DNA of 64,000 nucleotides from Sphaerodactylus townsendi (GCF_021028975.2 NC_059426.1:118420001-118484000); one strand, 5' to 3'. Shown: positions 49,894 to 62,786, counted from the first letter of the stretch. Numbers and translations are program-made. The notes: a model not told the origin generated them from the letters alone.

Positions 49894-52800
49894 GATGATG
49901 ATGCCTGAGTGGGAGCTGCTGCAGGTGCGCCGCCGGACTGCCTCTCTCGGGTGGCCTCCAGCCGGCGCTGCGTCGCCCTCATATAAGCCTCGAGCCGGCC
50001 GGCTGCCGCCTGGACAATCACGCCCCCCCCGCCGCCACGCCCCCGGCCCGGCCCAAATTGGCCAATGGCCGCGTAGTTTTCCAGAGGAGTGCCTCTGGAA
50101 CCTCCCCCCCTCCTGTATCCCACTCCGGTCTTGCAAGCGCCAAGGTGCAATCGTGACTATTCTGGATTTTTCTCCGTTCCACCCCCCAAAGCCAATTTCC
50201 CTACACCTTAACCCCATCCCGCCCGGCCCGGCCCGACCCTTCCCCTTGCACTACGTCCCTTCGAGCTGACCTTTCAAAAACGCAAGTACAAAACATTTGC
50301 TTTGTTTTCCACTTCCTCCTGCTGGAAATTTCTAATACCGCGCCAAGAAAGTTTTACAAGGCATCTTATTCACCAACCCTATATACCCTTGTTTGGTTAG
50401 ATGTGGACAAAAATTGTAGGTATCCACAATGGACCATTCCAAAATCCAAGATCAAGAGTGGTGTAACGCTTTCTATTAAGAGCAAGTGCAACCAACATAA
50501 CATAACTATTAAGAGCAACCAACATACCATGACATAACTTTTGTTTTGGGTTGGGTGCAATTCCCTTGGTTATGATGATGTGTTTAGGACTGGGCTGGAC
50601 AATTCACAGTGTGCTGAAAATATGCTCAGTGACTATTCGAGGAGGACAGCTGTAGTAGCCTCCTGGCATTTTTGAGAGACACATTTGCTCAGACACAAGC
50701 TTTGGTGGGGTCAAACGTGGCCTTCTCATCTCAATAAATGCCCACAGTTACCAAATAAGCTCCTCACAGTTTTTCTCCCAAGGAGAACAGTGATGAAAGG
50801 ATGACCAGTGGTGAATGAGTTTGAAGATTTTGCACAAGGGGCTGTTGAAAAGCCACCAGTCACTGCAGAGGTGGATACAGCCCAGGGGAAACTTGGGCCC
50901 TTTCTGCACAGCAAATGTACAGGGGGTTATAGTCGTTTTCCTGTTTTCACGTACACATTCATCCGTGCAAGCTGCAATTAGAGCCCACGGAAACAATCTG
51001 GGTTGCTGTTGCACGGAGACAGAGCTCTTTTTTAAAACTTACTTCCCACCAACGCATAACTATGCAGGCATGCACAAATGAACCCCCACAGCCATTCTGA
51101 CGTTTCACGATATGACCATTTGCACCTGCATGGCTATACAGATGTAAGCCGCAAAACATTTTTGAAAGGAAAATGGAGGTGAATAAAGCGCCTCCTGCCC
51201 GGTTGTTTGCTTGCAAGTGGCTGCAGCCTGGGATTTTTCGAAAGACTTGTGAATAGTGCTGTGAAGAAAGTATGTGAAATTTATTATTTTAGTTGACATA
51301 AGGGTAGCCATTTTGTATGCTTTTTTAATCTAAAATGTCTTGTCTGTTTTTTTTTTAACAAATGTAGCTGTGAAAGGGACTGGCTTTCACCCATCAAGAT
51401 AATAGAAAATGTTAAGCAAGTTAATTGGTGCAACATTTCTTTTGCTTTCTGTAACTGCTTCCACCTGGGAGCCTTAGAGATAACAGCTCTTGCTATGATT
51501 TAATTAGGGTGGTGATCCCATTGGTTCAGTAGGTACCACATGGGGTAAATTATTTTTTCTACATTATTTAGTATGATGTATTAGAGGTATCTTTTTCGTG
51601 TTACTTTTTGAACTTTATTCCAGACCTGAAAAAAACTGAATCTGCTTGCTATATGAAACAAAGGCCATGCAATGGACTTTTCTGATTGGCTTCTATTGGG
51701 ATTCCATTTCCTTATGCTGGCAACAGCAGTTTTCCAGTTTCTGTTTTGTACCATCTGCTCCTGCCAATATCATTGCCTCTGAACTGTTTTCTTCTTTTAA
51801 TAAATTTAAAGAAAATAACTTTCATACATTGTCTGTGTGGAGTGTTTGGTTCAGAAGGAGTGCCCACACATCAGCAGGTCCTGAGTGAGTGCTCAGGAAC
51901 CTTGACAAGTGTGATTCTCAAAAAACCAATTTGGGGAAAATAATATGGGGCAGACTGGTTTTAGGGGTGGGATCTGGTGTGAAGGACTGGTTTTAGGGGT
52001 GGGATCTGTGCGAAGTTCCCCCCCAAAAATGTTTTTTCCTGTTCTGTGTTTATTGGCCTGTGCAGATTGGGCCTTGGTCTTACCACCCTTAAGTTTGCAT
52101 CTGAGTCATATAAAACAAGCTGGAACTGTAAGTTTCTAACATTTCAACTGTTCTCTTCTTAAAGGGCCATTGCACAAATTCTTTGTACCATCTTAATAGT
52201 CTAATCAATCACCCTTCTTTCCTTATTTATAAGGGAAGCAATCAGTCGCCATCACAAATACTATCTTCCCTTTTATACAATACCATACAATAAATTTTAT
52301 ATAGTGACTCAAAATCGTCTGAAAAATTAGAGACATATGACGAATCTGGTGTGTACATAATAAAGTATCTAAAATGGCAACAAGATGCAGCAGTGTCAGA
52401 TGGAATGGAAGTGTGGGAATTACCAAGGAAGGCCATGGTTTCTGGTGTGAACAGTAACTGAATGAATCCTAACCCTTGGTGTAGAATTCTACTCCTTTCC
52501 CCAAAAGAAAATCCCTGAAATGATTTTCTGCATGTAGAGTCATATCAGAACAAGATACATGACTGCAGTGGATTCCACACAGCATATTTAGGGGAAACGA
52601 GTTCATTTATAACGATTGCAACTAGTTATAAATATGCCATATGGAATTCACTTCCATCCACTCGTTTTTACTGAGCAGCGCCGAGCTTACACCTGACCAG
52701 CCTCCAACTGAGTCAGGCTTCAACCCAGGGCCAAAGACTCATTGAAGAAACGTATTTGACATCTCCTTTCTGGTATGCAACATCCTAGGCTTTCACATAA

Positions 52801-52959
52801 ATTACTTGTCAGTATTTCCTCTGCAAGAATCAACTAAAAAGTTGATTACTGTGTGAATGGGCGGGTTTTTTTAAGTGTACACGTTGTATGAAGTCATCAC
52901 AAATATTTTCAGCATAACTTTTAGCATCAACGCCAGTCCCCACCACGAAAGTTGCAGGG

Positions 52960-53620
52960 CCAATTAACATTTTGCTCGCATCTTGCGTTCCGGGGGGGGG
53001 GGAGATCCCCTCCCTGCCTAAACGAAATATTTTGATTTTCCTGAGGATGAACTGAGAGACAACGTCAGGTTGCCGCATCTGCGTTTTTTAAAAGTCTGGA
53101 ATGTATGCTTAAGAGCCTCTGGACAGCGTAAAATGTGCGTTTGCAACGCCGGGCACCAACGTCCTGCTCAGCACTCGCTCTCCTCAGTACAAGAGACAGC
53201 TCCTCTTGAGGGAAAGGGAGGAGCTTCACTGCCACTGAGCGGACCGAGGCTAGAGGACGGCTGATTGAGCCGCTCTAGGCATCCGGGAGGCACCTGCTCG
53301 TCGTCTTTCCCTTGGAAAATGGCGGACGAAGAGGCGTACCTGACGGTGTCCGGGGAGCGCATCGCGTTGCAGCGCCGCCACTACAGCGCCTCCTGCCGGG
53401 AGTTCCTGGTGCGCTGCCCGCGGCTGCAGCTGCGGTCGGTCAGCGCCGTCACTTGCTCGGTGTGGCTGGTGGCCTACGGGCTCTTCGTCCTCTGCCAGGT
53501 AGCGAAGAGGCCTCCGAGGTCCGCCGCCCTTCCCGGTCTCGCTCTTCTCTAACTCGCGTGCTCATCATGCTTTCAAAGGGGGTCCCTCGCGGGTTCCGCT
53601 AGCCGTCGGGAAAGGGGCCC
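52960..53620 (+). promoter_or_regulatory. PIGH CpG island promoter
   Basis: CpG-rich around exon 1; YY1-like AAAATGGCGG over the start codon. Confidence 0.7.
53319..53498 (+). CDS. PIGH: PIGH exon 1 (MADEEAYL...RRHYSASCREF...AYGLFVLCQ)
   Basis: 180 bp, CAG|gtagcg. Confidence 0.92.
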
Positions 53621-53782
53621 CTAAGCTAAGGGCTCCTGCCACTGCAGGGGGTCCACCGAATGTTGCAGCCCAATGTTTACCCCAACTAAGCACCTCCTCC
53701 CAATTTGTGCCGGCCATCATCATGCTTGTGCCTAGTCGGCTGTAAGCTCTATTAAATTCAGCAGGGCTTAATTCTGGGGAAG

Positions 53783-54140
53783 AGAACATAAAAGGAGCTC
53801 TGCTGGATCAACCAAGTGGCCAACCAGGTGCACTGAAAGGCAAACAGTCAGGGCACAGATGCTACTTTCCAGCCTCACTGTTCAGACGACTGCTGCTTCT
53901 GTGGTAGGAGGTTCCCTTCCATCACCATGTTTAGTAGCCACTGATGGACCTCTCTTCCTTTTAAATCCATTTGTATTTGTGGCCATCGCTATCTGAGAAA
54001 CAAATTATTCTTTTTATCTATTCTACCATCTTCATTGGGTGCACCAGAGTTCTAGCATTATGGGAGTTAACAGTACAGTGACAAAGGGAGAGAAAATTAT
54101 CTGTATCCACTTTCTTCAACCCTTGCACAATTTTATGAAC
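53783..54140 (-). mobile_element. Old CR1 3' fragment
   Basis: agaacataa...ctgctggatca 3' UTR signature, degenerate. Confidence 0.5.
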
Positions 54141-54863
54141 TAACATATGCTTTGCCAAAGTAAAGTACCTGTAGATCAAGGTCTGAGATTTGCCCAGTCT
54201 TCCTCTACTCCCTATTCCAAAGTGGAGAAGGTAGAGTTTTTAAGATTTGTCAGTTAAAATAAAAGAATCTTTGCTATAACCTCTGTACAAAAAAGTGGTA
54301 AAATAATAGAATAAATAATAGAATAAAACAAGGTGATACTTGGGGGTAAGTGAAACCTACTTTCAGGTCATCATGCACAGGATCTTGTTATATTTCAAGT
54401 GTTGGTAGAGTATTCTGTCCTATTTAACGGAGGAGAATATTGAAGGTCAAAGAGAGTAAATCCCAAACGATATACTTTATTTAAACCTACATTCCCAAAA
54501 TGCTGGAAACAAGTTTTGCAGGAAATTCTTTTTCAGGCTGCAACTTTGTGGGGGAGGGGGAGAGAATTTGCTGGCGGAGATCTTAGTGTTTTTCTAGTCA
54601 TGCCTTCTCACTTCATCAGTTGGTTAATGAAGTTATAAAAATATTATGTGAGGAAGATTTTAAGTTAAGCAAAAACCCTACAGAAGGAAGCAGTAAATGG
54701 GGGGGGGGGGGAGTCCCTTTTGGAAATATGAAAAACCAAAGAAGCCTGTATCTTCTTTAGGTGCCAAACTATTTTATGTGCCAAACTATTTAATGTCCTT
54801 TTTTAAATTCTGCTCTGCACATTCCCTGAAATGCCTGCATTATCTATTGCTATCAGTTTAGAT

Positions 54864-55011
54864 CAGGGGTAGGGAACCTGCGGCTCTCCAGATGTTTAGG
54901 AACTACAATTCCCATCAGCCCCTACCAGCATGGCCAATTGGCCATGCTGACAGAGGCTGATGGGAATTGCAGTTCCTGAACATCTGGAGAGCCGCAGGTT
55001 CCCTACCCCTG
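54864..55011. mobile_element. Intact palindromic hAT MITE, 148 bp
   Basis: Near-perfect inverted repeat centred on CCAATTGG; TSD GTTTAGAT (54856-54863, 55012-55019). Confidence 0.93.
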
Positions 55012-55238
55012 GTTTAGATGCCACTTTGTATTGTTAGAGAGTCCATGTTCCATTATTAAGTGAATATATTTACAGTATATTTCTCCACTACTCATTGTTT
55101 TACATTTCTAAATGATTTCCCATTCCACCATATCTATTTTCATAGTGAGTTAAGGCATGGAATTTTTTCTGCAGTTGCAGACTGAATAGTTTCATTCCAT
55201 GTAACTAGTGTTTCAGTTCTTCAAGTAATGGGATAGAA

Positions 55239-56230
55239 CAGTGACGTGGGTATAGATTTGGGAGGGGGAAGTTCAGGGGGCGGGGCAACTTCCCACCCAC
55301 TCCTGGGGGTGGGCCATGCCTCCACCTCAGTACTTATAAAAGCAGCTCTTCGAGGCCAGGGATGGCAGACTGCCCTGCCCTGCCCTGCCCCCCCCTGCCC
55401 TGCCCCGCCCCCCCCCAACTGGGCTCCCAGCTGGCAGCCCACAGTCCTTCTGCCCTCTCTTCTGGGCAAAGGCGTAGCTAGGGAAAATGGAGCCTAGTGC
55501 AAAATCTGAGTCCCCCCCATCCCCCCACACACAATGGTCGGCCACTGTGATGCTGGAATCCACGCCCAAACAGCATTACTGTCAATGGTATTTAAACTGG
55601 GGAGCCCAGATTCTCCTTTTAAATCCACCTTAAAGGGAGAATCTGGGGTCCCCAGTTAAAACAACATTGAAAGTGATGCTGTTTTGGGGTAGATTATTCC
55701 CCACCCTGAAACAGCATCACTTTCAATGTTTACACTGGGGACCTCAGATTCTCCCTTTAAATCCATGCCGAAGAAGATGGATTTAAAAGGAGAATCTGGG
55801 GAAATTTGTGAGGTACCTGCTGTCAGGGGTGTAATTGTTAGAAGCACCAAACTTTCAGGGTATCTTTAGGAGACTCTCCTGATGATACCACCCAAGGTTG
55901 GTGAAGTTTGGTTCAGGGGTCCAAAGTTATGGACCCCATCTTCTATTAGCTCCCATTAGAAACAATGGGGTATGGGGCACCCCCTTTGGAAGTCCATAAC
56001 TTTGGACCCCCTGAACCAAACCTCACCAAACCTGGGTGGTATCATCAGGAGAGTCTCCCAACAAATCCCTGAAATTCTGGTGCTGTTAGCCTAAAAACTG
56101 CACCCCCTGCAGTCCAAAAACTGAAAAAAACATTTAAAAAATACAAAAACCCCAGAAACGGGGGCAGAGCTTCAGACATGTAATGGGGGGATTGAGCCCG
56201 AGAAACCCCCCTCCCTTACTTAAGTCCTTG
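55239..56230. mobile_element. Non-autonomous hAT related to the 44960-46310 element, in inverted orientation
   Basis: TSD GGATAGAA (55231-55238, 56231-56238); shared internal repeats as reverse complement. Confidence 0.85.
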
Positions 56231-56294
56231 GGATAGAAACAGAATACTAGTTGCAATATTTGGTCTTAAATATCTTGCTTTGTTGCCGTTACAG

Positions 56295-56504
56295 AACAGT
56301 GTGGTGCTCTCTGCTGCTATATTTGTCACACTGATTGGCCTGCTTGTGTATCTGCACTTTGTGAAGATTGACCAGGAGTCCCTGCTAATCGTTGGCTCAC
56401 TTGGAATACAGATGACTTCATCCTATGCTTCTGGCAAAGAGAGTACAACTTTTATAGAGATAAACCAGGTAAAAGATGTGGTCATCAATGAAGCCATCTA
56501 CATG
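56295..56504 (+). CDS. PIGH: PIGH exon 2 (NSVVLSAAIF...KIDQESLL...VINEAIYM)
   Basis: 210 bp, acag/gtaagc. Confidence 0.93.
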
Positions 56505-57076
56505 GTAAGCTGCTCTTGTGTTTGGTGTCACTACTCATTCAGAATTTCATCTCTTTGCTTTCTATATTCCTCTTCAGCAAGCACAAGAGGGCAGACTTAT
56601 TTGTCCAAAAGGGACTATTTATCATATGTCCAGAAGGGACTAAGACTTGCATAGAGGAACCTCAAATGACATAGTGTCCAGTGGTGTTCTGATAACGACA
56701 GATTAGGCTAATTTTTATCCCATCTTCAGAAATGAGAGGACTCTGAGGGCCTCTCCAGCAGAGCTGCTTGGGACGCAGAAGTTGATTGTGAGGTGGGGAT
56801 TAAACTTTAGGATTACTGAAGAGACAAACTTCTTTACTCCATTCTCTTCCAGATTAGGAAATCTCCATGATGGCACTAATTTTGCTGACCAGTCAAGAAT
56901 ACAGCTATATCCTGGAAATGCATCAATAGCCATCCAAGAAAGAGGATGTGGTACCCTGTTGCTGAGCACTTTTGGGGTCAAGAGGGGGGAACAAAGAAGT
57001 GAGGGATAATGGAAAAGGTTACCTGATCTTCATGTGGCTAATAATGAGGATAATAAGGAGACTATTCAGGCTATAG

Positions 57077-57196
57077 CAGTGGTGGCGAACCTGTGGCACT
57101 CCAGATGTTCATGGACTACAATTCCCATCACCCCCTGCCAGCATGGCCAATTGGAGTGCCACATCCATCTGGAGTGCCACAAGTTCGCCACCACGG
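57077..57196. mobile_element. hAT MITE, 120 bp
   Basis: TIR CAGTGGTGGCGAAC / GTTCGCCACCACGG; TSD GGCTATAG (57069-57076, 57197-57204). Confidence 0.9.
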
Positions 57197-57404
57197 GGCT
57201 ATAGTGTTGTTGCAGTTCCTAGTACTACTTGCCAGATCCTAAAGACAACCTACTGGAAAAACTAGTATGGGATTGTGTGTTCTGTTTTGGTGACTGAAGG
57301 ATGTTTTGAAGGACTGTTACACTCTAAGATGGAAGTGCTGTGGCTGTACAGGGAGCACAAACCTTGATGGCAACTAGGTCCCAAGTTCTATCTCTGTTTT
57401 TTTT

Positions 57405-57605
57405 CTGTCATCAAGTTACAGCTGATGTATGGTGACCTCATAGGGTTTTCAAGGCAAGCGGTGTCCAAGGACTTTGCCATTGCCTACCTCTGTGAAGCAG
57501 CTGAGGCTTCTTGGTCTCCCATCTGTGTACTAACTAGGGCTGACCTTGCTTCGCTTCTGATATCTGATAAGATCAGGTCAGCTTGGGCTATCCAGGTCAG
57601 AGCTC
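57405..57605 (-). mobile_element. 5S rRNA-derived SINE with Sauria/BovB-type tail
   Basis: Minus strand ctgatcttatcagatatcagaagcgaagcaaggtcagccctagttagtacacagatgggagacc aligns to the 5S internal control region. Confidence 0.65.
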
Positions 57606-57919
57606 AGTCTCTGTTTCCCCTATTTAAAAATATCTCAAAGTAGCAGGTGTTGGCAAAGATTATTTTCTGCCAGAGAGTATGGAGAGCCCCTGCCAATCAG
57701 AATAGACCATATTGATCTAGGTAGACCAATGGACTGGCTTGATGTTAAGAAACGATGTATGTTCATATTTTGCACTGCCGTTTGAATGTTGTTGTGATCA
57801 TACTGACAAGAATAGGTACCTCTGATGTCAAGCTTTTATTTATTGTTTTAAATGATAGATTCAGTGCTCTTCCTGACAAATTTCTCATTGTTGTATTTGT
57901 GTGCTTTTCATTTTTGTAG

Positions 57920-58003
57920 CAAAAGGTTATCTATTATCTATGCATACTTCTTCGGGACCCTGTAGAACCTCATGTAGTTTCTGAGGTAGTTCCACTATTT
58001 CAG
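57920..58003 (+). CDS. PIGH: PIGH exon 3 (QKVIYYLCILLRDP...VVPLFQ)
   Basis: 84 bp, gtag/gtgagt. Confidence 0.92.
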
Positions 58004-58382
58004 GTGAGTCAAAATCTAGGCATCTTAATTTTTCTTGCTTAGAAGCATGCATTATGTTTTCCTTGTTGGGATGTCACTTGAAGTCAATCTGTTTGTTTCT
58101 GATATTTCTTCACTGGGGAAAGTGCACAGCTGTGTTATAATAAATGCAGCAAGCATTTTGAATGAGATTTATTAATAATTAAAAGATCCAAATAATTACA
58201 GATCCAAAAAAGAGGAGAAAAAAATCACACAAAATAAATTTAACAAAGGACTCCCGATTTCACCTGTTCTGAATATTAATGTGTTAACTGGATATTAAGG
58301 GAAAAAATTACAGTAAGTGTTGTTCCCCCCCCCCCCCCCCCCCCCGGCAGTCTTTAAGCTGTGGCTGAACCAACACTTGTCT

Positions 58383-58466
58383 GGGATGCTCTAGGCTGGT
58401 CCTGCATTGAGCAGAGGGTTGGACTTGATGACCTGCATGGCCCCTTCCAACTCTGTTATTCTATAT
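58383..58466 (+). mobile_element. CR1 3' tip
   Basis: gggttggacttgatgacc...cccttccaactctgttattcta. Confidence 0.6.
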
Positions 58467-58619
58467 GAAGATATTACCACTTGCTCTGTAATAACATATA
58501 TAAAATTAGTTCTAAATTGTTACTACTGATACATTTCACACTCTTCTCTTTTTAATCTTATTTTTGATCTTCTATTCCTCAAATCCAGTCAAATCCAGAA
58601 GTCATCAATTCATTTTTTT

Positions 58620-58860
58620 GTATTACCTAAAAAGGCTATCAGGGGTTTTCAATATCCAAAAATTTAAATAATTTTTTTCCTCTAATCAACAGAGTGAACT
58701 TAGCCAGTTCTGACTTTACAAACCATTCTTCTACTGCTGGTATATATGAAGCTTTCCATTTTTGTGCGTATAATATTCTTGCTGCTACTATCATATCTAA
58801 AAACAAAGTTCCATATTTCCAGTTATCTGTCCATAAACATAGCAAACATATGTTGCATCA
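58620..58860 (-). mobile_element. L1-like ORF2 C-terminal fragment
   Basis: MIVAARILYAQKWK...IPAVEEW motif. Confidence 0.55.
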
Positions 58861-59452
58861 TGCACAGTCTGTTCTCTGGCTTTTCCCTGTGGCCTCTTTC
58901 TTTCACAATTCTAGGCAGTGTTGTAGAGTACTGCTTCCTTACTGATCTAGTTATCAACCCAGAGCCCAGTAACATCCCTGTTCCTTAGACTGAAATTTAC
59001 TGACTTGCAGTAGTAGCATCTTCAGCACAGCAGTGACATGCTCAGTTGAGCATGGATTGACTGCTGAACTTTCTGGATAGTTGGTTTTGCACAGGTAGGT
59101 GGGGCAGTAACCCTTGTCACCCTTTGGTGCATTTAAGCCCTCGTTTTTCTCAGTTATGTCACCTCTAAAGAATACAATTTACCACCCCACTGAGCCTATT
59201 AACACTTCTAAAATCACGTACTTGCTTTTATATGAAACTCCCAATGGTCCCTTTCATAAAGACAGGTTCCAAGTGGACTTTAGACTTCTAAAGTGCTCAA
59301 AAGTCATTAGAACACCACTGCAAAGGACAGGATGGGGGGAGTAGAAATTAAATACAGATTTTTTTATTGTCTTAATTTTTGTTCTAAGCAGTAGCAGAAG
59401 GCACAAAGAATGGTGCTCATTCCACAGAAATAATGTTGATGAAGGTATTATT

Positions 59453-60380
59453 TCATAGAATCATAGAGGTGGAAGGGGTCATAGAGGCTATCTTCTGCTC
59501 AATGCAGGATCAACTTAGAGCATCCCTGATAAGTGTTCATCATGCTGCTGCTTGAAGACTGCTAGTGAGAGGCACTCACCAACTCCATAGGCATCCAATT
59601 CCATTGCTGATCTTATTGCAAACTTTCCCCCCTACTATCCACCTATAATTTGTACCCATTATTGTGAGTCCTATTCTCTCCAGACAACAGGAACAGCTCC
59701 TTCTCCTCCTCTAAGTGGTAGTCTTTCAAATACTTTAAGAGAGCAGTCATGGCCCCCCTCAGCTTCCTCCGTGCCAGATGAACATTCCCAACTCCCTCAG
59801 CCTTTCCTCATAGGACTTGGTCTCCTGGCCTCTGATCATTCTGTTCCTTTATGTTCATATCCTTTTTGAAGTGAGGCCTCCAGTATGTCACAGAGTACTG
59901 CAGGTGTGGCCTGACCAAAGCAATGTAAAGGTGGACTATGACATATTGCAATGTGGATGTTATGCCACTGTTGATACATGCCAAAACTGTATTAGCCTTT
60001 TTTGGCATGGAATCACTGACTGCTTATCTTCATCTTACAGTCCACCCCAACCTCAAGATTTTGTTCACATGCACTGCTACCCATAAGTGTATCCCCCATC
60101 CAGTATGTGTGCTTCTCATTTTTGTTATTCAGATGTAGAACTCTGCATTTGTTCTTGTTGAATTGCATCTTGTTCACATCTGCCCACTTTTTCAATGTGT
60201 TCCGATCTCGTTGGATTCTATCTCTGTCTTCTGGTGTGTTTGCTGCTCCTCCCAATCTGGTGTCATCTTTATTTAATGAGCAGCACCTTCAGTCCCTCAT
60301 CCAGATCATTTATTAAAAACATTGAAAGGTACTGGGCCCAGAACCAAGCCCTGTAGCACCTTACTGGATACCTCCCTCTA
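59453..60380 (-). mobile_element. CR1 LINE fragment (RT to 3' end)
   Basis: Minus ORFs RIQRDRNTLKKWADVNKMQFNKNKCRVLHL and LYIALVRPHLQYSV..W.PHFKKD; catagaatcatag tail. Confidence 0.9.
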
Positions 60381-62000
60381 CAATTAGATGAAATTTATTT
60401 TGTGGTTTGCCATGTCAAGTTCAGTTGAGACTTTAAAACTTTACTCTTTGGTTATTTTTCAAAATTTTGCTATTTCTGCAGCTGTGAAAAAACAGCTGTT
60501 TTATTGTCTGGGTTGTGCATTGGGATAAGAATACTTTAGATAAATAGACCTACAGGATTCTAACAGAACTCCCATAGCAGCGTACAAACACCAAATGTTG
60601 ACTATAGACGGAAGGATCATAGGACAGACTGAGAAATTTGTAAATAGCCATAAAAAGAATGATTTTATGAAAATGTATGACTGTACTGATAGGTTTTGTT
60701 TATTGATTTTTTGGTAATATGTATATTTCATATTATATAAATGTTTAAGATGGTTACATAAACATTCGGTAACATATTTTATTTCATTAAAACATAAACT
60801 AATTAAAAAAACCAAGCTCAATAGCCACTATGAACAGAAACTCAATAGATTTCAGAAGAAATCAGAAGCTCAATCTAAAGAAGGGAGAGCGGGAGAGCGG
60901 TGGCCAGGGACTAGGCTGGAGTAGTGTCTGTGTCACCTCCAAAGGGTTTTAGGCAGCATAGGAAGGGGAAAAAACAGAAAAACTCCCAGCCACATAAAAA
61001 ATCCCATAGGGAAGACATGTTTTGGTGGTGTAAGTTGGTTGCCAGTGTAGGGGGTGTTTCCAGCCTGAAAGTACACTTTCTGGAATACTCCCCACAATGC
61101 CGGTACAGGCATTTGTGGCAGAGGCTCACCAGTGCGGGGGCCACCTTCTAGATTCAGCTGCATGGCAACCCAACACTGACGTAAGTGGCCCAACTCTGAC
61201 TTCCATGCCACTTTGCACTGCACAGTGGACATGGATGGCAGCCTAGGGCTCCCTCAACTTCCAATGCAGCTTCAGCATCCCCCTTAGATTGCACAGTAAA
61301 ACATGTGTGGAGGAAATTATTGAGATAAGGAGTAACGGTTTAGATGGCTCTGTCTGTAGTTACTGCTCAGCTCATCTTTGGAAGCCTCCAGAGCAAGGCC
61401 TCTGATGATGGTATGAGGAAATAAATACATAGGGGGAAAGATGGTCTTTCAAGTAAACTGGTTCCAGGCTTTTAAAGGCACACACATCATAACATAGGGC
61501 TGTTCACATTATTATTTGCATCTATAATTTTTAAATATTTTTTTAAAAAATAAAATTTTCTCTAGAAAATGCAAATTATGAAAAAGTGAAGTGAGACACA
61601 TCATAAATAGAGATGCAAGAACATTGCAATGTATTTGACAGTTTTGGACTTGAACAAAGGAATTAGGTTTATGACCCAACTCAAATTACAACAGTCATGT
61701 GGTAATCTTAAGCTTGACAATACTTCCAGTCCCAGGGCTGTTAAAATGTTCTTTTGTGCTCCTAGGAGGAAAAATGGGGACTTGTCTCATACTGCAGGAT
61801 ATAAAATACCATGAAAGTATTCAGCTGATTGTAGGAATGGTTCATGTACGATTCATCACTTTTCTGTGATGACTTCCTAAATCAGAATTGTCATCCATAA
61901 AAAACCTAAAGCAATGACTAAAAATCTTTCTGTGCACACTGTTTGATAGATGGTTAGCTGCACACAATATATTTAAAGTACACAGTGTTGATATACAGGG

Positions 62001-62323
62001 GAGGGAAGGGGGGCTGTGGCTTCGTAATGGAGCATTTGCTTGGCATGCTGGAGGTTCAGGTCCAGTCGCCAGCATCTCCAACTAAAAGGCTCATGTGGGT
62101 AGAGCGTAGGTGTCAAACTCGCGGCCCTCCAGATGTTATGGACTACAGTTCCCATCATGATGGGAACTGTAGTCTATAACATCTGGAGGGCTGCGAGTTT
62201 GACACCTGTGGGGTAGAGGATGTGAAGGACCTCTGCCTGAGACCCTGGAGAACCGCTTCCAGACAATACTGACCTTGCTGGACTGATGGTCTGATTCAAT
62301 GTAAGGCAGCTTTATGTGTGTTC
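62001..62323 (+). mobile_element. tRNA-derived squamate SINE (Squam3-like) interrupted by a MITE
   Basis: ggggctgtggct...gagcatttgcttggcatg head; gacctctgcctgagaccctggag body; ggtctgattcaatgtaaggcagc tail. Confidence 0.7.
62105..62210. mobile_element. Palindromic hAT MITE, 106 bp, inserted in the SINE
   Basis: TIR C..AGGTGTCAAACTCGC; TSD GGGTAGAG (62097-62104, 62211-62218). Confidence 0.9.
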
Positions 62324-62786
62324 TAAACACACAGTTACTGGATTTAGAAGGTTGTCGCTTTGTTTAGGGTTGCATTGATATTTGCTTCATCAGTGACTAA
62401 ATTGGTTAGCATGCTTTATGAAAAGGTTAATGGTTCTTTTAGTCACTGGACAGTTAAGTGACATGAATGCTATAGGCAGTTGTAGTGCAGAAGGTCAGTG
62501 GCCATAGAGTGTGTACAGTACTAATGCTGAAATTACCAAGCCCAAAATAAGTATTTTTGAAACTTGTAATGTTTGGTTGCATCATGAGTTAAGCACCGTT
62601 TCCTTTAGACTTGCTTTCCCTAACTTGGAAATGTTCAGCAAGGAGCCCTACTGTAGATAACCTAGTTTTCTAGTGTGTCACTGTACTGTGTAGAGATATC
62701 AGGTGCCTCAGAAACTCCATATCCTAATTCTTTTGGGATCCAGGACACTGTCATGCACATTCTTAGCAGCTTTTCAAGTGCTAGAG

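Larger units (their letters stand above)
49290..50280 (-). promoter_or_regulatory. ARG2 CpG island promoter
   Basis: CpG-rich; TATA-like TTATAT at 49981-49986 (minus), back-to-back CCAAT boxes 50057-50066, GC boxes. Confidence 0.75.

Noticed and set aside
49495-50217. 240-aa minus ORF suggesting an N-terminally extended ARG2
   Set aside because: GC-rich stop-poor island; the ORF starts upstream of the TATA/CCAAT elements and runs into intron 1; only 49774-49893 is arginase-like
57490-57605. 5S rRNA gene
   Set aside because: Degenerate, partial and fused to a SINE tail
58325-58345. Long poly-C run (other G/C homopolymers also present)
   Set aside because: Simple repeat with assembly-sensitive length; no functional support
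62001-62085. tRNA gene
   Set aside because: Mutated A/B boxes; continues into a SINE body
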